DNA of 32,000 bases from Geotalea daltonii FRC-32 (GTDB lineage Bacteria > Desulfobacterota > Desulfuromonadia > Geobacterales > Geobacteraceae), in the NCBI RefSeq assembly GCF_000022265.1, contig NC_011979.1, positions 3,090,001 to 3,122,000 of the forward strand. The letters run 5' to 3'. Below are positions 1-8,787 of this stretch, piece by piece; within the stretch, counting starts at the first letter, position 1, and every line of letters begins with the position of its first letter. The notes under the pieces were generated by a model. That model had not been told where the DNA came from, made no database searches, and worked only from the letters and a program-made list of their open reading frames with translations. Position numbers and translations under genes: made by a program.

Positions 1-121
1 CGCCGGGGAATTCCCATTTGTGGGGCAGGCTCATTGTTGCGCTGCGCTGAGCGGCAAGCACCAGGCTACCGCGCTCGATAATGGCGCAGGTGACGTGAAT
101 ATGTTTTTTTGAAATAATCAT
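1..121 (-). CDS. NUDIX (MutT-like) hydrolase, N-terminal part; the gene runs off the left edge
   Basis: Minus-strand ATG at 121, absent from the ORF track because under 60 aa is visible. The translation MIISKKHIHVTCAIIERGSLVLAAQRSATMSLPHKWEFPGG resembles MutT-family N-termini up to the start of the NUDIX box. The frame stays open to position 1. Confidence 0.55.
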   Translation of the reverse strand, partial: MIISKKHIHVTCAIIERGSLVLAAQRSATMSLPHKWEFPG

Positions 122-239
122 AACCGAACCATTGCCTAAGGATGGAAAACAGCGCTGCGGATAAAATAAAAACCAGGTAAATTTAGCCTCACATACTTAC
201 CTACCCCGGTATTGCCCGGCTTACCAGTGGGAAATAGCA

Positions 240-277
240 ATAAAAACAGAAAAGACGGCTTGTTATGGCCGTCTTTC
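240..277 (-). terminator. Rho-independent terminator after the creatininase-family gene
   Basis: On the minus strand the stem AAAGACGGC/GCCGTCTTT (251-276) is followed by TCTGTTTTTAT. It lies about 25 nt downstream of the stop at 303. Confidence 0.6.
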
Positions 278-302
278 ATTCCATTGTAATTCATTGTGCT
301 TG

Positions 303-1022
303 TTAATCCTCCAATGCCTCCAGCGCCCTGGCCAGCTCAACCACCTTGGTCGCCACCAGTGCTTCCAACTTTGCTCCTTTTTCGGCGGTTGCCTTGGTTG
401 GGTCGCCCCAGACGCCATTCTGCCAGTATTGCCGCTTGTTGCGCACCAGAATACCCGGAGGGAACGTGGGGAATTCCCGTTCCCCCGTTCCGGTGACAAG
501 CTGGGGATGGGAATGCATGATCCGGGAAGTCTCGATCTCGCCGGCGTGGGCATCGCCGGCCGTTTCGATCAGCCCTCTCCCCTCTTCCTTGGCCAGATCA
601 TATTCGGTAACCACGGCCATCTTTATGTCATAAATTTCGGCGATCAGCTCCTCGCCTGCATCTTGCAGAGCCATTTTATGGGAGCCGCCGGCGTGGCCGG
701 TGAGGACGATGAAGTTTTTCAGGCCGTGGGAGTGGAGGGACCGGACAATATCCTTGAGAAAGGATTTGAGGGTGGCGGTGGAAATGGAGATGGTTCCCGG
801 ATGGCGGGCCGTGGAACGGCAGCACCCATAATGGACCGGCGGGGCGACAAAGAGGGGAATGAGTTCCGCAGCCCGTTTGCCAACTTCATATGCCTGGATG
901 GTGTCGGTGGAAAGGGGCAGGTGATAGCCATGCTCCTCAACGGAACCGAAGGGGATGTAGACCGTTTGGGTCCGCTTCAATCCCTCTTCGAAGTCCCCCA
1001 TCGTCATGTTTTCGATGATCAT
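303..1022 (-). CDS. Creatininase-family amidohydrolase (creatinine amidohydrolase/ArfB/MftE fold)
   Basis: 239-aa ORF with family-type motifs VEEHGYHLPLSTD, TGHAGGS and DAHAGEIETS. It starts 10 nt after the queE stop, on the same strand. Confidence 0.85.
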   Translation of the reverse strand: MIIENMTMGDFEEGLKRTQTVYIPFGSVEEHGYHLPLSTDTIQAYEVGKRAAELIPLFVAPPVHYGCCRSTARHPGTISISTATLKSFLKDIVRSLHSHGLKNFIVLTGHAGGSHKMALQDAGEELIAEIYDIKMAVVTEYDLAKEEGRGLIETAGDAHAGEIETSRIMHSHPQLVTGTGEREFPTFPPGILVRNKRQYWQNGVWGDPTKATAEKGAKLEALVATKVVELARALEALED

Positions 1023-1032
1023 GTAAAAATCC

Positions 1033-1782
1033 CTATAACTGACCGATGAATTTGTGGGTCTGGGGAATTATCCGTACTTCCTGCAGATACCGATTTGCCG
1101 TCTCCTGCATCTCCAGCATGCGGATCGCGGAGAGGTTCACCCTGCCCTTCAGGTCGGTAAATGGCTGAAGGATGAGTGGAATCCGGCTGTCGATTGCGGC
1201 CACGAGCTCTGCAGTCCTGATGATCTCCCAATCTTCCGTATCGGTCCCGATCACTGTCTTTACATAGGTTTTTTTCGATGCGGCGAGGCGAAGAAACTCC
1301 TCGTGGGCCTGCCACAGATCAGTGTAGCCGGAGGTTGAAGGGAGCTTGATGTCCATGCTAACGTAATCCACATGGTCCAGGAGTTGGGCGAGTTGGCCAT
1401 GAAGAATGCCGTTGGTTTCAAGATATATGGGAAGATAGTGCCGCAGGGCCGGCAGCAGTTCCTGCAGCAGTTGATGACACAGCAGCGGCTCACCGCCGGT
1501 GATGCTTATGGAATGATGAATGCCGGGCCAGCCTCGCTGCCAGCCGCTGACAAGATTCACCAGGCGATCGACAGGGACGGGATTTTCAACCTGAAAAAAG
1601 TCACGGCGGCCGGGCGTGCTTTCCAATTGGCAGTATTGGGTGCGATCAGGCTCTGTGTCGCAGTAACTGCAGGTGAGATTGCATCCGCTGAAACGAATGA
1701 AAACCTGGCGCAGTCCTACCAGCAGTCCTTCGCCCTGGATGGAGGAAAAGACCTCGATGAGGTCGGCACTGCTTTTATTCAT
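1033..1782 (-). CDS. queE: 7-carboxy-7-deazaguanine synthase (radical SAM)
   Basis: 249 aa. It has the N-terminal IEVFSSIQGEGLLVG and the radical-SAM cluster motif CNLTCSYCDT typical of QueE. It overlaps the queD stop by 8 nt. Confidence 0.9.
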   Translation of the reverse strand: MNKSSADLIEVFSSIQGEGLLVGLRQVFIRFSGCNLTCSYCDTEPDRTQYCQLESTPGRRDFFQVENPVPVDRLVNLVSGWQRGWPGIHHSISITGGEPLLCHQLLQELLPALRHYLPIYLETNGILHGQLAQLLDHVDYVSMDIKLPSTSGYTDLWQAHEEFLRLAASKKTYVKTVIGTDTEDWEIIRTAELVAAIDSRIPLILQPFTDLKGRVNLSAIRMLEMQETANRYLQEVRIIPQTHKFIGQL

Positions 1783-2143
1783 AATAGCTGGCGCTGGCGA
1801 AATCCGATTCCCAGACCGTTACTTCTGTCAGGCCGATGTTGTCACTGTTGAATTTCTTGGCCAGTTCCTGGAAAAGATAACGGGCGATGTTTTCAGAAGA
1901 TGGGGAGCTCTCGATAAAGGGGGGAAGTTCGTTGAGATATTTGTGATCCAGGGTTTTGAGCAGAGCATTGGTTTCGCTTTTCAGGACCTTGAAGTCGATG
2001 CCCAGCCCGGACTTGTCCAGCTCCCTGGCCGTAACTGTCACTTCCACCTTCCAGTTGTGGCCGTGGAGATTTTCACAGTCCCCCTGGTAGTGGATAAGGC
2101 AATGGGCTGCGGCAAAAGATGTTTCAATTCTCAGTTTATACAT
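1775..2143 (-). CDS. queD: 6-carboxy-5,6,7,8-tetrahydropterin synthase
   Basis: 122 aa. It has FAAAHCL and LHGHNWKVEV (PTPS/QueD zinc-binding histidines) and the typical QueD length. Confidence 0.9.
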   Translation of the reverse strand: MYKLRIETSFAAAHCLIHYQGDCENLHGHNWKVEVTVTARELDKSGLGIDFKVLKSETNALLKTLDHKYLNELPPFIESSPSSENIARYLFQELAKKFNSDNIGLTEVTVWESDFASASYYE

Positions 2144-2252
2144 GACGGCATCCTTTTGAACTAAATTTCGAGGAATATTACCACGATTTGCCGGGGATTG
2201 CCAGCAGGTTCCCCATAAGCAAAAGGGGGCAGCTCCACCTCGCAGGTAGTGT

Positions 2253-4190
2253 CTACTTCTTTATGAAACCCATGATCACTTCCTTGCCTTTCTGCAGATC
2301 CAGAGGTTTGGTAAGGTATCCATCCATTCCTGCTGCATAACATCTTTCCTCGTCCTCGCGGTAAGCATGGGCTGTCATGGCGATAATCGGAATATGGCCG
2401 CCAACCGCCTCCTCCTTTTGGCGTATGATCCTGGTAGCAGTAATGCCGTCCATCCGGGGCATCTGTACATCCATGATGATCAGATCATAGTGCCCTTTTT
2501 CCCACATTTCTACCGCCTCCTGTCCGGTCTTGGCCAGATCCATTTCCAGGCCGAACAATTCAAGAATCTGTTTCAGGAGTTCGCCCGCTAAAGCATCGTC
2601 TTCTGCAGCAAGAATCTGTGGAATAGTGCCTGTTTCGTTAATTGGTGGTGCAGCCTCCCAAAATGGCGGCGTTTCATGCCTGCTGTCGTCTCTTCCTTCA
2701 CCCTCCACGGCTAACGGCACGGTGAAAAAGAAGGTACTCCCCTCCCCTTCTCTGCTGTCAAAGGCGATGCGCCCCCCCATCATTTCCACAATCTGGCTGC
2801 TGATGGCGAGACCGAGGCCGGTGCCGCCATACCTGCGCCTATCGGAACTGTCGACCTGACTGAAAGAGCGGAAGAGCAAATGTTTCTTGTCAGCTGGAAT
2901 ACCGATGCCGGTGTCGTTTATGGTGAAAGTTATCTCCGTTTCTCCGGTAGCCGTTTTGTTGCCAGTTACAGCCTTAACCTCTACTCTCCCATGGTCGGTA
3001 AATTTAACAGCATTACCGATCAGATTGAGAAGGACCTGTCTCAGCCGCACCTGGTCCCCTTTCACGACATCGGGGACATCCGGTGCAATTGACAGGGTCA
3101 GATGGAGACCTTTGCCCTGGGCTTCGGAGGAAAAATAATCGACCGCGTCGGAAAGACATTTACGCAAGGAAAACGGTTGCTCGTGTATCTGTAATTTACC
3201 CGCTTCGATTTTCGACAGGTCGAGAATGTCGCTGATGATCTGTAGAAGCAAATCGCCTGATTTGGTGGCCTTTAACAGCAATTCCCGTTGTTTCTTCTCC
3301 AGCTGGCCGGCATGACCGGAAAGCAGCAACTGGAGAACGCCAAGAATGCCATTCATGGGAGTACGCAGTTCATGGCTCATGTTGGCCAGAAATTGGCTTT
3401 TGGCGCGGTTGCCCTCTTCGGCGGCCTGCCGGGACTGCTCAAGTTCCAGGTACGTGCTGGCCAGTTTCGCTGTCATAGCGTCGAAGGCGCACGAAAACTC
3501 GGCAAATTCGTCATCACCTTGAATAGCAATGCGGTGATCAAGGTTCCCGTCACCAACGACCGAGGCGCCGGCCGACAGCCTTCCCATGCGGTTGGCCATG
3601 ATCCGGGCCATATTCCATGAATTGAAAACCCCTACGGCAGTGGCTATTATCACTATGCAGAGGATGCCGACTCCGGCCAGGTTGAGGGTGAACAGCAGGC
3701 GCCTGTCTGCTGACTCGTGCAGCCTGCGTGCCTCTAAAACCATTTCATATAACGTCATGACTAATTGGGTTGTCAATCGGCTTTCGATCTGCCGGTGCAG
3801 GTCATACGGTTTTTCATCGGCGTTCTTTTTTTCACGATTTTCCACCACGGCAGAAAATAATCTTTCCGATGACTCATGGTTGTGAATCATTTTCCCGATG
3901 GTTCTTGTATCGTTGCTATCCTTGAAGGTGCCTGAGGCAGTTTTCAAAAGTCTGCCCAGCTGTTCATGCTTGGCAAACCACTGTATCTTTGACCTCTCAT
4001 TGCCGATCCGCAGATAGTCCTCTCTGAAAGTACTCCCTTCAAAAGCCTCATTGACTATCTCGCTGGCTATGTGGGATTGTTTTATGGCACGATCCACGTG
4101 GTACAACGCCACCGAAAGCATGGAGATGACCATCAGACCCGCCATTGCCGAAGCAATTGCAACCAGTTGCAGTTTTCTTTTAACTTGCAT
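2253..4190 (-). CDS. Hybrid sensor histidine kinase/response regulator (TM-HAMP-HisKA-HATPase-REC)
   Basis: 645 aa. It has an N-terminal TM segment and a second TM followed by a HAMP-like region. The H-box is [14 protein letters not shown], the N and G boxes are [15 protein letters not shown] and GGTGLGL, and the C-terminal receiver has [14 protein letters not shown]. Confidence 0.9.
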   Translation of the reverse strand: MQVKRKLQLVAIASAMAGLMVISMLSVALYHVDRAIKQSHIASEIVNEAFEGSTFREDYLRIGNERSKIQWFAKHEQLGRLLKTASGTFKDSNDTRTIGKMIHNHESSERLFSAVVENREKKNADEKPYDLHRQIESRLTTQLVMTLYEMVLEARRLHESADRRLLFTLNLAGVGILCIVIIATAVGVFNSWNMARIMANRMGRLSAGASVVGDGNLDHRIAIQGDDEFAEFSCAFDAMTAKLASTYLELEQSRQAAEEGNRAKSQFLANMSHELRTPMNGILGVLQLLLSGHAGQLEKKQRELLLKATKSGDLLLQIISDILDLSKIEAGKLQIHEQPFSLRKCLSDAVDYFSSEAQGKGLHLTLSIAPDVPDVVKGDQVRLRQVLLNLIGNAVKFTDHGRVEVKAVTGNKTATGETEITFTINDTGIGIPADKKHLLFRSFSQVDSSDRRRYGGTGLGLAISSQIVEMMGGRIAFDSREGEGSTFFFTVPLAVEGEGRDDSRHETPPFWEAAPPINETGTIPQILAAEDDALAGELLKQILELFGLEMDLAKTGQEAVEMWEKGHYDLIIMDVQMPRMDGITATRIIRQKEEAVGGHIPIIAMTAHAYREDEERCYAAGMDGYLTKPLDLQKGKEVIMGFIKK

Positions 4191-4204
4191 GCCCCATCTA
4201 TCCT

Positions 4205-4389
4205 ATCAGTTTCCATCCGGAAACTCCGGATGAGAAACTAGTGGTTTCCGATTCGGAAAGAGGGGATTTTGTTCTGGCAAGGAAACCAAGGGCTTGCGCG
4301 GAGACGTACATCGGTACGTCGCACAAGTAAGCCCGCAGATTGACGCCGCCAGGGCAGAAAAGAACCCTTTCCGGATGAAAACTATCTAA
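4205..4389 (+). mobile_element. MITE-like palindromic intergenic element, copy A (no coding capacity)
   Basis: About 95% identical by eye to 17538..17724, with a few substitutions and indels. It has terminal inverted repeats (T)AGTTTCCATCCGGAAA ... TTTCCGGATG(A/G)AAACTA, and its flanking sequences are unrelated to those of copy B. Confidence 0.7.
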
Positions 4390-5413
4390 GTATCATTAAC
4401 CTTTCCGGTTTGACCGACTGCATGCCATCATAGTAGATGAAGTTAAGGTAATTGGGCATTTGCCGCTTCTTAACCAAACCGTTGGCCATAGCCCATTGGG
4501 ATTCATCTTCCAGAGCGAGCAGCAGTGACTGGTCCAGGGTGACCTGGAATGAGTATGCAGGCCAAAACTGGCGCAGTACTTCCCGGTCAAGGTGGCAGAA
4601 ATCCGCCACTATCTTTTGCGCCGCTACCGGATCCCGGATAGCGAATTCCTCGGCTTTGACCAGGGCACGGATAACTTTTGCCACTTGTTCCGGGTTATGG
4701 CGAATAAAGTCGTGGGTGGCAATAATGTTAAAGGTCAGCCGATGGATGTCTTCATCTTTAAATGAAACACCCCGGTCACCCATTTTTTGTTGGGCGTAGA
4801 AGAGGAATGGTTGCCAGGTAGAGATGGCATCCACAGTGCCATTGGCTAAGGCATCGACCATTTCCTCCGGCTTCAGGTCGACGACCTTCACATCGGCGAT
4901 TGATATGCCATGGGCAATCAGAAAGGCATCCATGAAAAAATGGCCTGAGGTGCCCAAGGTGGCGCCTATGCTTCTGCCCTTGAGATCGTCATACTTAATG
5001 ATTCCCCGGTCTTTTCTGGCAACAATGGCATGTGCCTCAGAGGAGGTCAGAATAGTGGCGACGATGGATATCTTTTTACCGTTCAGCACGGCAAACGTGA
5101 AGGGTGTTTCGGCGACCACGGCAAAATCGGCACTACCATCCATAACTGCCTGTAGAGCAGGTTTTCCATAGGGGTATACCTGCGGCGTCACAAGCAATCC
5201 CTCCTGCAGATAAAAACCTTGCTGCTGTGCAATTTGGGCAAGAGCTGTGAAGGGCAAGGTCGGAATCGCGATGGTAACATTTTTAAGGGGGAGTGTTTTC
5301 TGCTGCAGGTGGGCTCGCACAATGAAAAATACGCAACCTGCCGTCACGGCAAACATAATAACTACCCAAGTGAGGTGGTGTCTAATGGATGGAGCAACGT
5401 TTCGGTTCTTCAT
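4382..5413 (-). CDS. Periplasmic substrate-binding protein, NMT1/THI5-like (SsuA/TauA-type ABC binding-protein fold)
   Basis: 343 aa with an N-terminal TM/signal anchor and a binding-protein-like body (GKPALQAVMDGSADFAVVAETP, GATLGTSGHFF). It sits directly upstream of the hybrid kinase on the same strand. Confidence 0.8.
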   Translation of the reverse strand: MKNRNVAPSIRHHLTWVVIMFAVTAGCVFFIVRAHLQQKTLPLKNVTIAIPTLPFTALAQIAQQQGFYLQEGLLVTPQVYPYGKPALQAVMDGSADFAVVAETPFTFAVLNGKKISIVATILTSSEAHAIVARKDRGIIKYDDLKGRSIGATLGTSGHFFMDAFLIAHGISIADVKVVDLKPEEMVDALANGTVDAISTWQPFLFYAQQKMGDRGVSFKDEDIHRLTFNIIATHDFIRHNPEQVAKVIRALVKAEEFAIRDPVAAQKIVADFCHLDREVLRQFWPAYSFQVTLDQSLLLALEDESQWAMANGLVKKRQMPNYLNFIYYDGMQSVKPERLMILR

Positions 5414-5634
5414 CTCCCTGCTCCACTTTATTTATATTTTAAAAATCGGATAATTAACATTTATAGGTATAAAGTTCAATTACTATTTTGCTCTATCCAA
5501 CTCCATCTGCAAGGCTGGCAGGCAAGGCTGTAAAGATTTTTTACAGGAAGCTGAACGTGGTAGGCGCATAAACAAAAGGGCTACTTTAATCAAACCTTCG
5601 TATCATAGAAATACGCTCCCCCCTCCGACCTATT

Positions 5635-6798
5635 TCATTGCCTTTTACTTATCTTGAGAAGCTTGGCGCCGAGTACCGCAGGAACTGCGATGCCAATACT
5701 CAAGAGTGCTCCCATTTTGGCTCCATTAGTTAAAGCTGGATCAGTAAAGGCCTCACCCGCAATAAATAGAGACACAGTGAACCCTATTGCCGCGATACAC
5801 CCTACCAGCAAAGTTTCCTTTGCCCCCATGCCGTGAGGCCTGTGCCAGCCAAGCTGATGGGCGACACTGCTGAATAAAGATATGCCTGCAACTTTACCAA
5901 TCAGCAGGCCAAGTAGTACCAGTATGGTCGGTACCCCCATATGTGAAATCTCTACACCAGCATTCACCAGTCCGAACATGAACATGCCGAAGTCAACGAA
6001 AAGCCGCCAATCATGAACAAACTTGTCGAGCGTAGAATGCTCCCACGCATCTTCTTCAAACATATGCACGGTTTCCTTCTTTTCGTGAGGCATGAAAGGA
6101 ACTATAAAAGCAAGAGCAAGTGCCGGGTGAAGATTACCCAGATACAGGCCTGTCCAGACGACCAATCCGCCCGTGATCAAGTATGGCCAGTATGGTTTCA
6201 CCCTGGCGGACCTAAGGCCCCAGGCGAACAGCATTCCGAGAGGAATAAGCAGAAGCATTAACGGTTCCGGTGGATGATGGGGGTTTGGATAGAATATGGC
6301 GATTATCAGGAGGCCGATGGCATCATCAGCAATGGCCAATAGCAGCAGAAATGCTACAGCCGGATGATTGCGCCCGAAAACAGTCCGAGCCACCAGCCAA
6401 GCCAAGGCTATATCCGTAGCTGTAGGAATTCCCCACCCGTTTCTCAATGCAGAGGAGCCAAACAGCATGTTGAGTGTCAAATAGACTGCTGCAGGGCCTA
6501 CAACACCCCCAATGGTCGCTATAATGGCATTCAGAGCCTTTCTGGGCGGATTCAAATCGCCGCCGGGCAGACAGCTTTCGGTGATCTCGGCGGCAGCAAT
6601 GCCAAAGAACAGCACCATAAATAAATCATTTGTGAGGAAGTGAAGATTGACGCCCCCGACGATGGGCGTATGAATCAACCATTCATAAGATTTATGATCG
6701 AGGTTTGCCCAGGCAAGGGCAACCGACACCCCCATGAGCAGAGGGATGGAAAATTCCCGCAGCAAGTTGATGTGCTTGTTTTTTTTAAGGTTGTACAT
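5635..6798 (-). CDS. nhaA: Na+/H+ antiporter NhaA
   Basis: 387 aa and polytopic. It has NhaA-type motifs (ALAWANL, DLFMVLFFGIAAAEI, GIPTATDIALAWLVA, AIADDAIGLLIIAIFY). Confidence 0.9.
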   Translation of the reverse strand: MYNLKKNKHINLLREFSIPLLMGVSVALAWANLDHKSYEWLIHTPIVGGVNLHFLTNDLFMVLFFGIAAAEITESCLPGGDLNPPRKALNAIIATIGGVVGPAAVYLTLNMLFGSSALRNGWGIPTATDIALAWLVARTVFGRNHPAVAFLLLLAIADDAIGLLIIAIFYPNPHHPPEPLMLLLIPLGMLFAWGLRSARVKPYWPYLITGGLVVWTGLYLGNLHPALALAFIVPFMPHEKKETVHMFEEDAWEHSTLDKFVHDWRLFVDFGMFMFGLVNAGVEISHMGVPTILVLLGLLIGKVAGISLFSSVAHQLGWHRPHGMGAKETLLVGCIAAIGFTVSLFIAGEAFTDPALTNGAKMGALLSIGIAVPAVLGAKLLKISKRQ

Positions 6799-6987
6799 TT
6801 ATTCGCTCGATTCTTGGCTGGTTATCTGCACAACCCGGCTAGCCCGGCAAATCCTGCACCGAGAAAACAGTCCCTTTAACTCTACCACGCAAAGTGCTAC
6901 CACAATAGGCCAATGTGCCACCGCCACCCTTGACCCAAGACGGTCTGCCTTGTACCGCTGGACCGGCTCCTTCAGATTTGCCGCCAT
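6799..6987 (-). CDS. Small ORF (62 aa) translationally coupled to nhaA; function unknown, possibly a leader ORF
   Basis: A strong Shine-Dalgarno sequence, AGGAGGATAA, precedes the ATG at 6987. The stop TAA abuts the nhaA ATG (TAAATG). No recognisable domain. Overlapping plus-strand ORFs also exist, so coding status is uncertain. Confidence 0.3.
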   Translation of the reverse strand: MAANLKEPVQRYKADRLGSRVAVAHWPIVVALCVVELKGLFSRCRICRASRVVQITSQESSE

Positions 6988-7000
6988 TTATCCTCCTGGA

Positions 7001-7035
7001 AACAAAAAACCGCTTCCGTAGTTAATGGAAAGCGG
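7001..7035 (-). terminator. Intrinsic terminator/attenuator hairpin just upstream of the small-ORF RBS in the nhaA leader
   Basis: On the minus strand the stem CCGCTTTCC ... GGAAGCGG is followed by TTTTTTGTTT and then AGGAGGATAAATG. Confidence 0.5.
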
Positions 7036-7165
7036 CGTCTTCATCTTATAAAGCTATCATTACACAGCCTCTACGACAAATAAGTCGTTATTAATTACGT
7101 CATCCGCCCCTTAAGGTCAACAGGTTTCTCCTCCTCGCAAGATGTTCCCATAAATGTTCTACGAA

Positions 7166-7199
7166 TAGAAAAAGGGATTAGCTTGAATAGCTAACCCCT
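7166..7199 (-). terminator. Rho-independent terminator after tRNA-Cys
   Basis: On the minus strand the stem GGGGTTAGCT ... AGCTAATCCC is followed by TTTTTCTATT. It begins about 10 nt after the tRNA CCA end. Confidence 0.55.
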
Positions 7200-7208
7200 T
7201 GTTTTTAT

Positions 7209-7283
<75 letters not shown>

Positions 7284-7391
7284 GTATTTGATGTGGACCG
7301 GTAAAGCAAGAACGTCTTATACATGGTTTTGATCACAGTGTCAACGAATAAATCAGATCTCTGCCATGGAAGGTATTCGGAATAAAAACCC

Positions 7392-7985
7392 TCATTTAGC
7401 AATTACCCGGGAGAATTTCACCAAATAGTCCACACCAGACCAAATGGTTATGATGGTGGCAATCCAGAGATAAAACATGCCGATATTGTGCATATTGACC
7501 GTCAGGATCGGCAGGTCTATGGCGAAAAACCAATGGTATTCATAGTGGAGCAGCAGTCCCAAAATGGCAACGATCTGAAAAATTGTCTTGAATTTGCCAA
7601 GATTGCTTGCCGGAATTACAAGCCCTTCGGTTGATGCGACACCTCGCAGACCGGTAATTATTATTTCACGCCCAAGAATGACAAGCACCATCCAGGCAGG
7701 CACCCGGTTGTAGGGAAGCAGCATGATAAGCGCGGCCATGACGATGAGTTTGTCGGCGATGGGATCGAGAAACTTGCCGAAGACCGTCTCTATACCCATG
7801 CGCCGTGCCAGATAGCCGTCCAGCCAGTCGGTGATCGAGGCAATGGCGAAAAGCGCAGCGGCCCAGAAACCGGCCTCTCTGGAAGGAGAGAGCAATAGTA
7901 TCACCAGAAGTGGTATGGCAGCTATGCGGAGAAGGGTCAAAATGTTCGGCAGGTTAAGGATGGAGTCTTTTGCAGTGGTGGGCAT
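7392..7985 (-). CDS. pgsA: CDP-diacylglycerol--glycerol-3-phosphate 3-phosphatidyltransferase
   Basis: 197 aa. It has NLPNILTLLRI and the CDP-alcohol phosphatidyltransferase motif DWLDGYLARRMG...GKFLDPIADKL. Confidence 0.9.
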   Translation of the reverse strand: MPTTAKDSILNLPNILTLLRIAAIPLLVILLLSPSREAGFWAAALFAIASITDWLDGYLARRMGIETVFGKFLDPIADKLIVMAALIMLLPYNRVPAWMVLVILGREIIITGLRGVASTEGLVIPASNLGKFKTIFQIVAILGLLLHYEYHWFFAIDLPILTVNMHNIGMFYLWIATIITIWSGVDYLVKFSRVIAK

Positions 7986-7995
7986 GTAGAAACCT

Positions 7996-8592
7996 TTATT
8001 CGTAATTCTTTTTATAATTTAGTACCTTTGTCACGTAATTGCGTGTTTCCTGGTAGGGAGGAATCCCTCCGTACTTTGCCACCCTGTTCAGACCGGAGTT
8101 ATATGCTGCCAGGGCAAGGGCTTCATCCCCTTTAAAGGTATCCAGGAGGAATCGCAAATATTTTACTCCACCCCGGATATTGTCGGCGGGATCGAAGGAA
8201 TTGGCAACTTTCAATCCCTGTGCGGTCTTAGGCATCAGCTGCATTAATCCCTGGGCACCCTTGGAGGAGACAGCCGTGGGATTATAGCCCGATTCGGCAT
8301 GAATCACTGCTTTTACCAGCGCCTTGTCCACGCCATATTTGATTGAGCATTCATTGATGATAGGTTCGAACTCCTCGGGGTTCCGGGCGCAGCCGGCCAG
8401 CCTGAAAGTCGTGCGCAACCGTTTGTCCTTCTTCAGATCCCGCATGAAGATCTTGAAACGCTTATCGGTGGGGGCATCGGTGAAGTGAAGTACCCCTTCT
8501 TCATCCTCATATTTGTAGATATCTGCAAAAACAGGCATGGCCATGGATGGGACAACCAGGAAGGCAACGACCCACAGTGACAGCTTGTTCAT
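7996..8592 (-). CDS. Lytic transglycosylase (SLT domain) with signal peptide and a DUF4124-like N-terminal region
   Basis: 198 aa. It has a signal peptide, YKYEDEEGVLHFTD, and the SLT catalytic region HAESGYNPTAVSSKGAQGLMQLMP ... AYNSG. Confidence 0.85.
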   Translation of the reverse strand: MNKLSLWVVAFLVVPSMAMPVFADIYKYEDEEGVLHFTDAPTDKRFKIFMRDLKKDKRLRTTFRLAGCARNPEEFEPIINECSIKYGVDKALVKAVIHAESGYNPTAVSSKGAQGLMQLMPKTAQGLKVANSFDPADNIRGGVKYLRFLLDTFKGDEALALAAYNSGLNRVAKYGGIPPYQETRNYVTKVLNYKKNYE

Positions 8593-8708
8593 TTATTTCC
8601 ACCCTCTTTTCACAAGCAGCTCAAATCATCATTAATGTTTATAGAACATAAGCAATGATAATTCAAGCATTAATCTGCCTACGCTATCCGTTAACACCCT
8701 AAAATACC

Positions 8709-8737
8709 TTGACAAAATGGAAGTGGGGGTAAATAAT
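8709..8737 (+). promoter_or_regulatory. Candidate sigma-70 promoter for nadB
   Basis: TTGACA at 8709-8714, a spacer of about 17 nt, then the AT-rich -10 region TAAATAAT (8730-8737), about 50 nt upstream of the nadB ATG. Confidence 0.4.
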
Positions 8738-8787
8738 CCTGTGGTTTTCGGCAAACACAGTACTGCCGGAACAGGGAGGAGATTAGC

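Noticed and set aside
294-1049. 251-aa plus-strand ORF (with nested plus-strand ORFs) antisense to the creatininase-family gene
   Set aside because: It is a shadow ORF opposite a gene with clear family motifs. The sequence is low-complexity and Gly/Pro-rich, has no RBS, and shows no recognisable domain.
2144-2252. Possible preQ1 riboswitch upstream of queD
   Set aside because: I looked for the small hairpin plus A-rich tail of preQ1-I and for preQ1-II-like features and found no convincing match. Only a generic GGGGA/TCCCC hairpin is present.
5514-5527. 14-mer GCTGGCAGGCAAGG shared with 14863..14876
   Set aside because: A few 14-nt matches are expected by chance in 32 kb when both strands are considered. 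The flanks are unrelated, and the GG/GC spacing does not fit a -24/-12 promoter.
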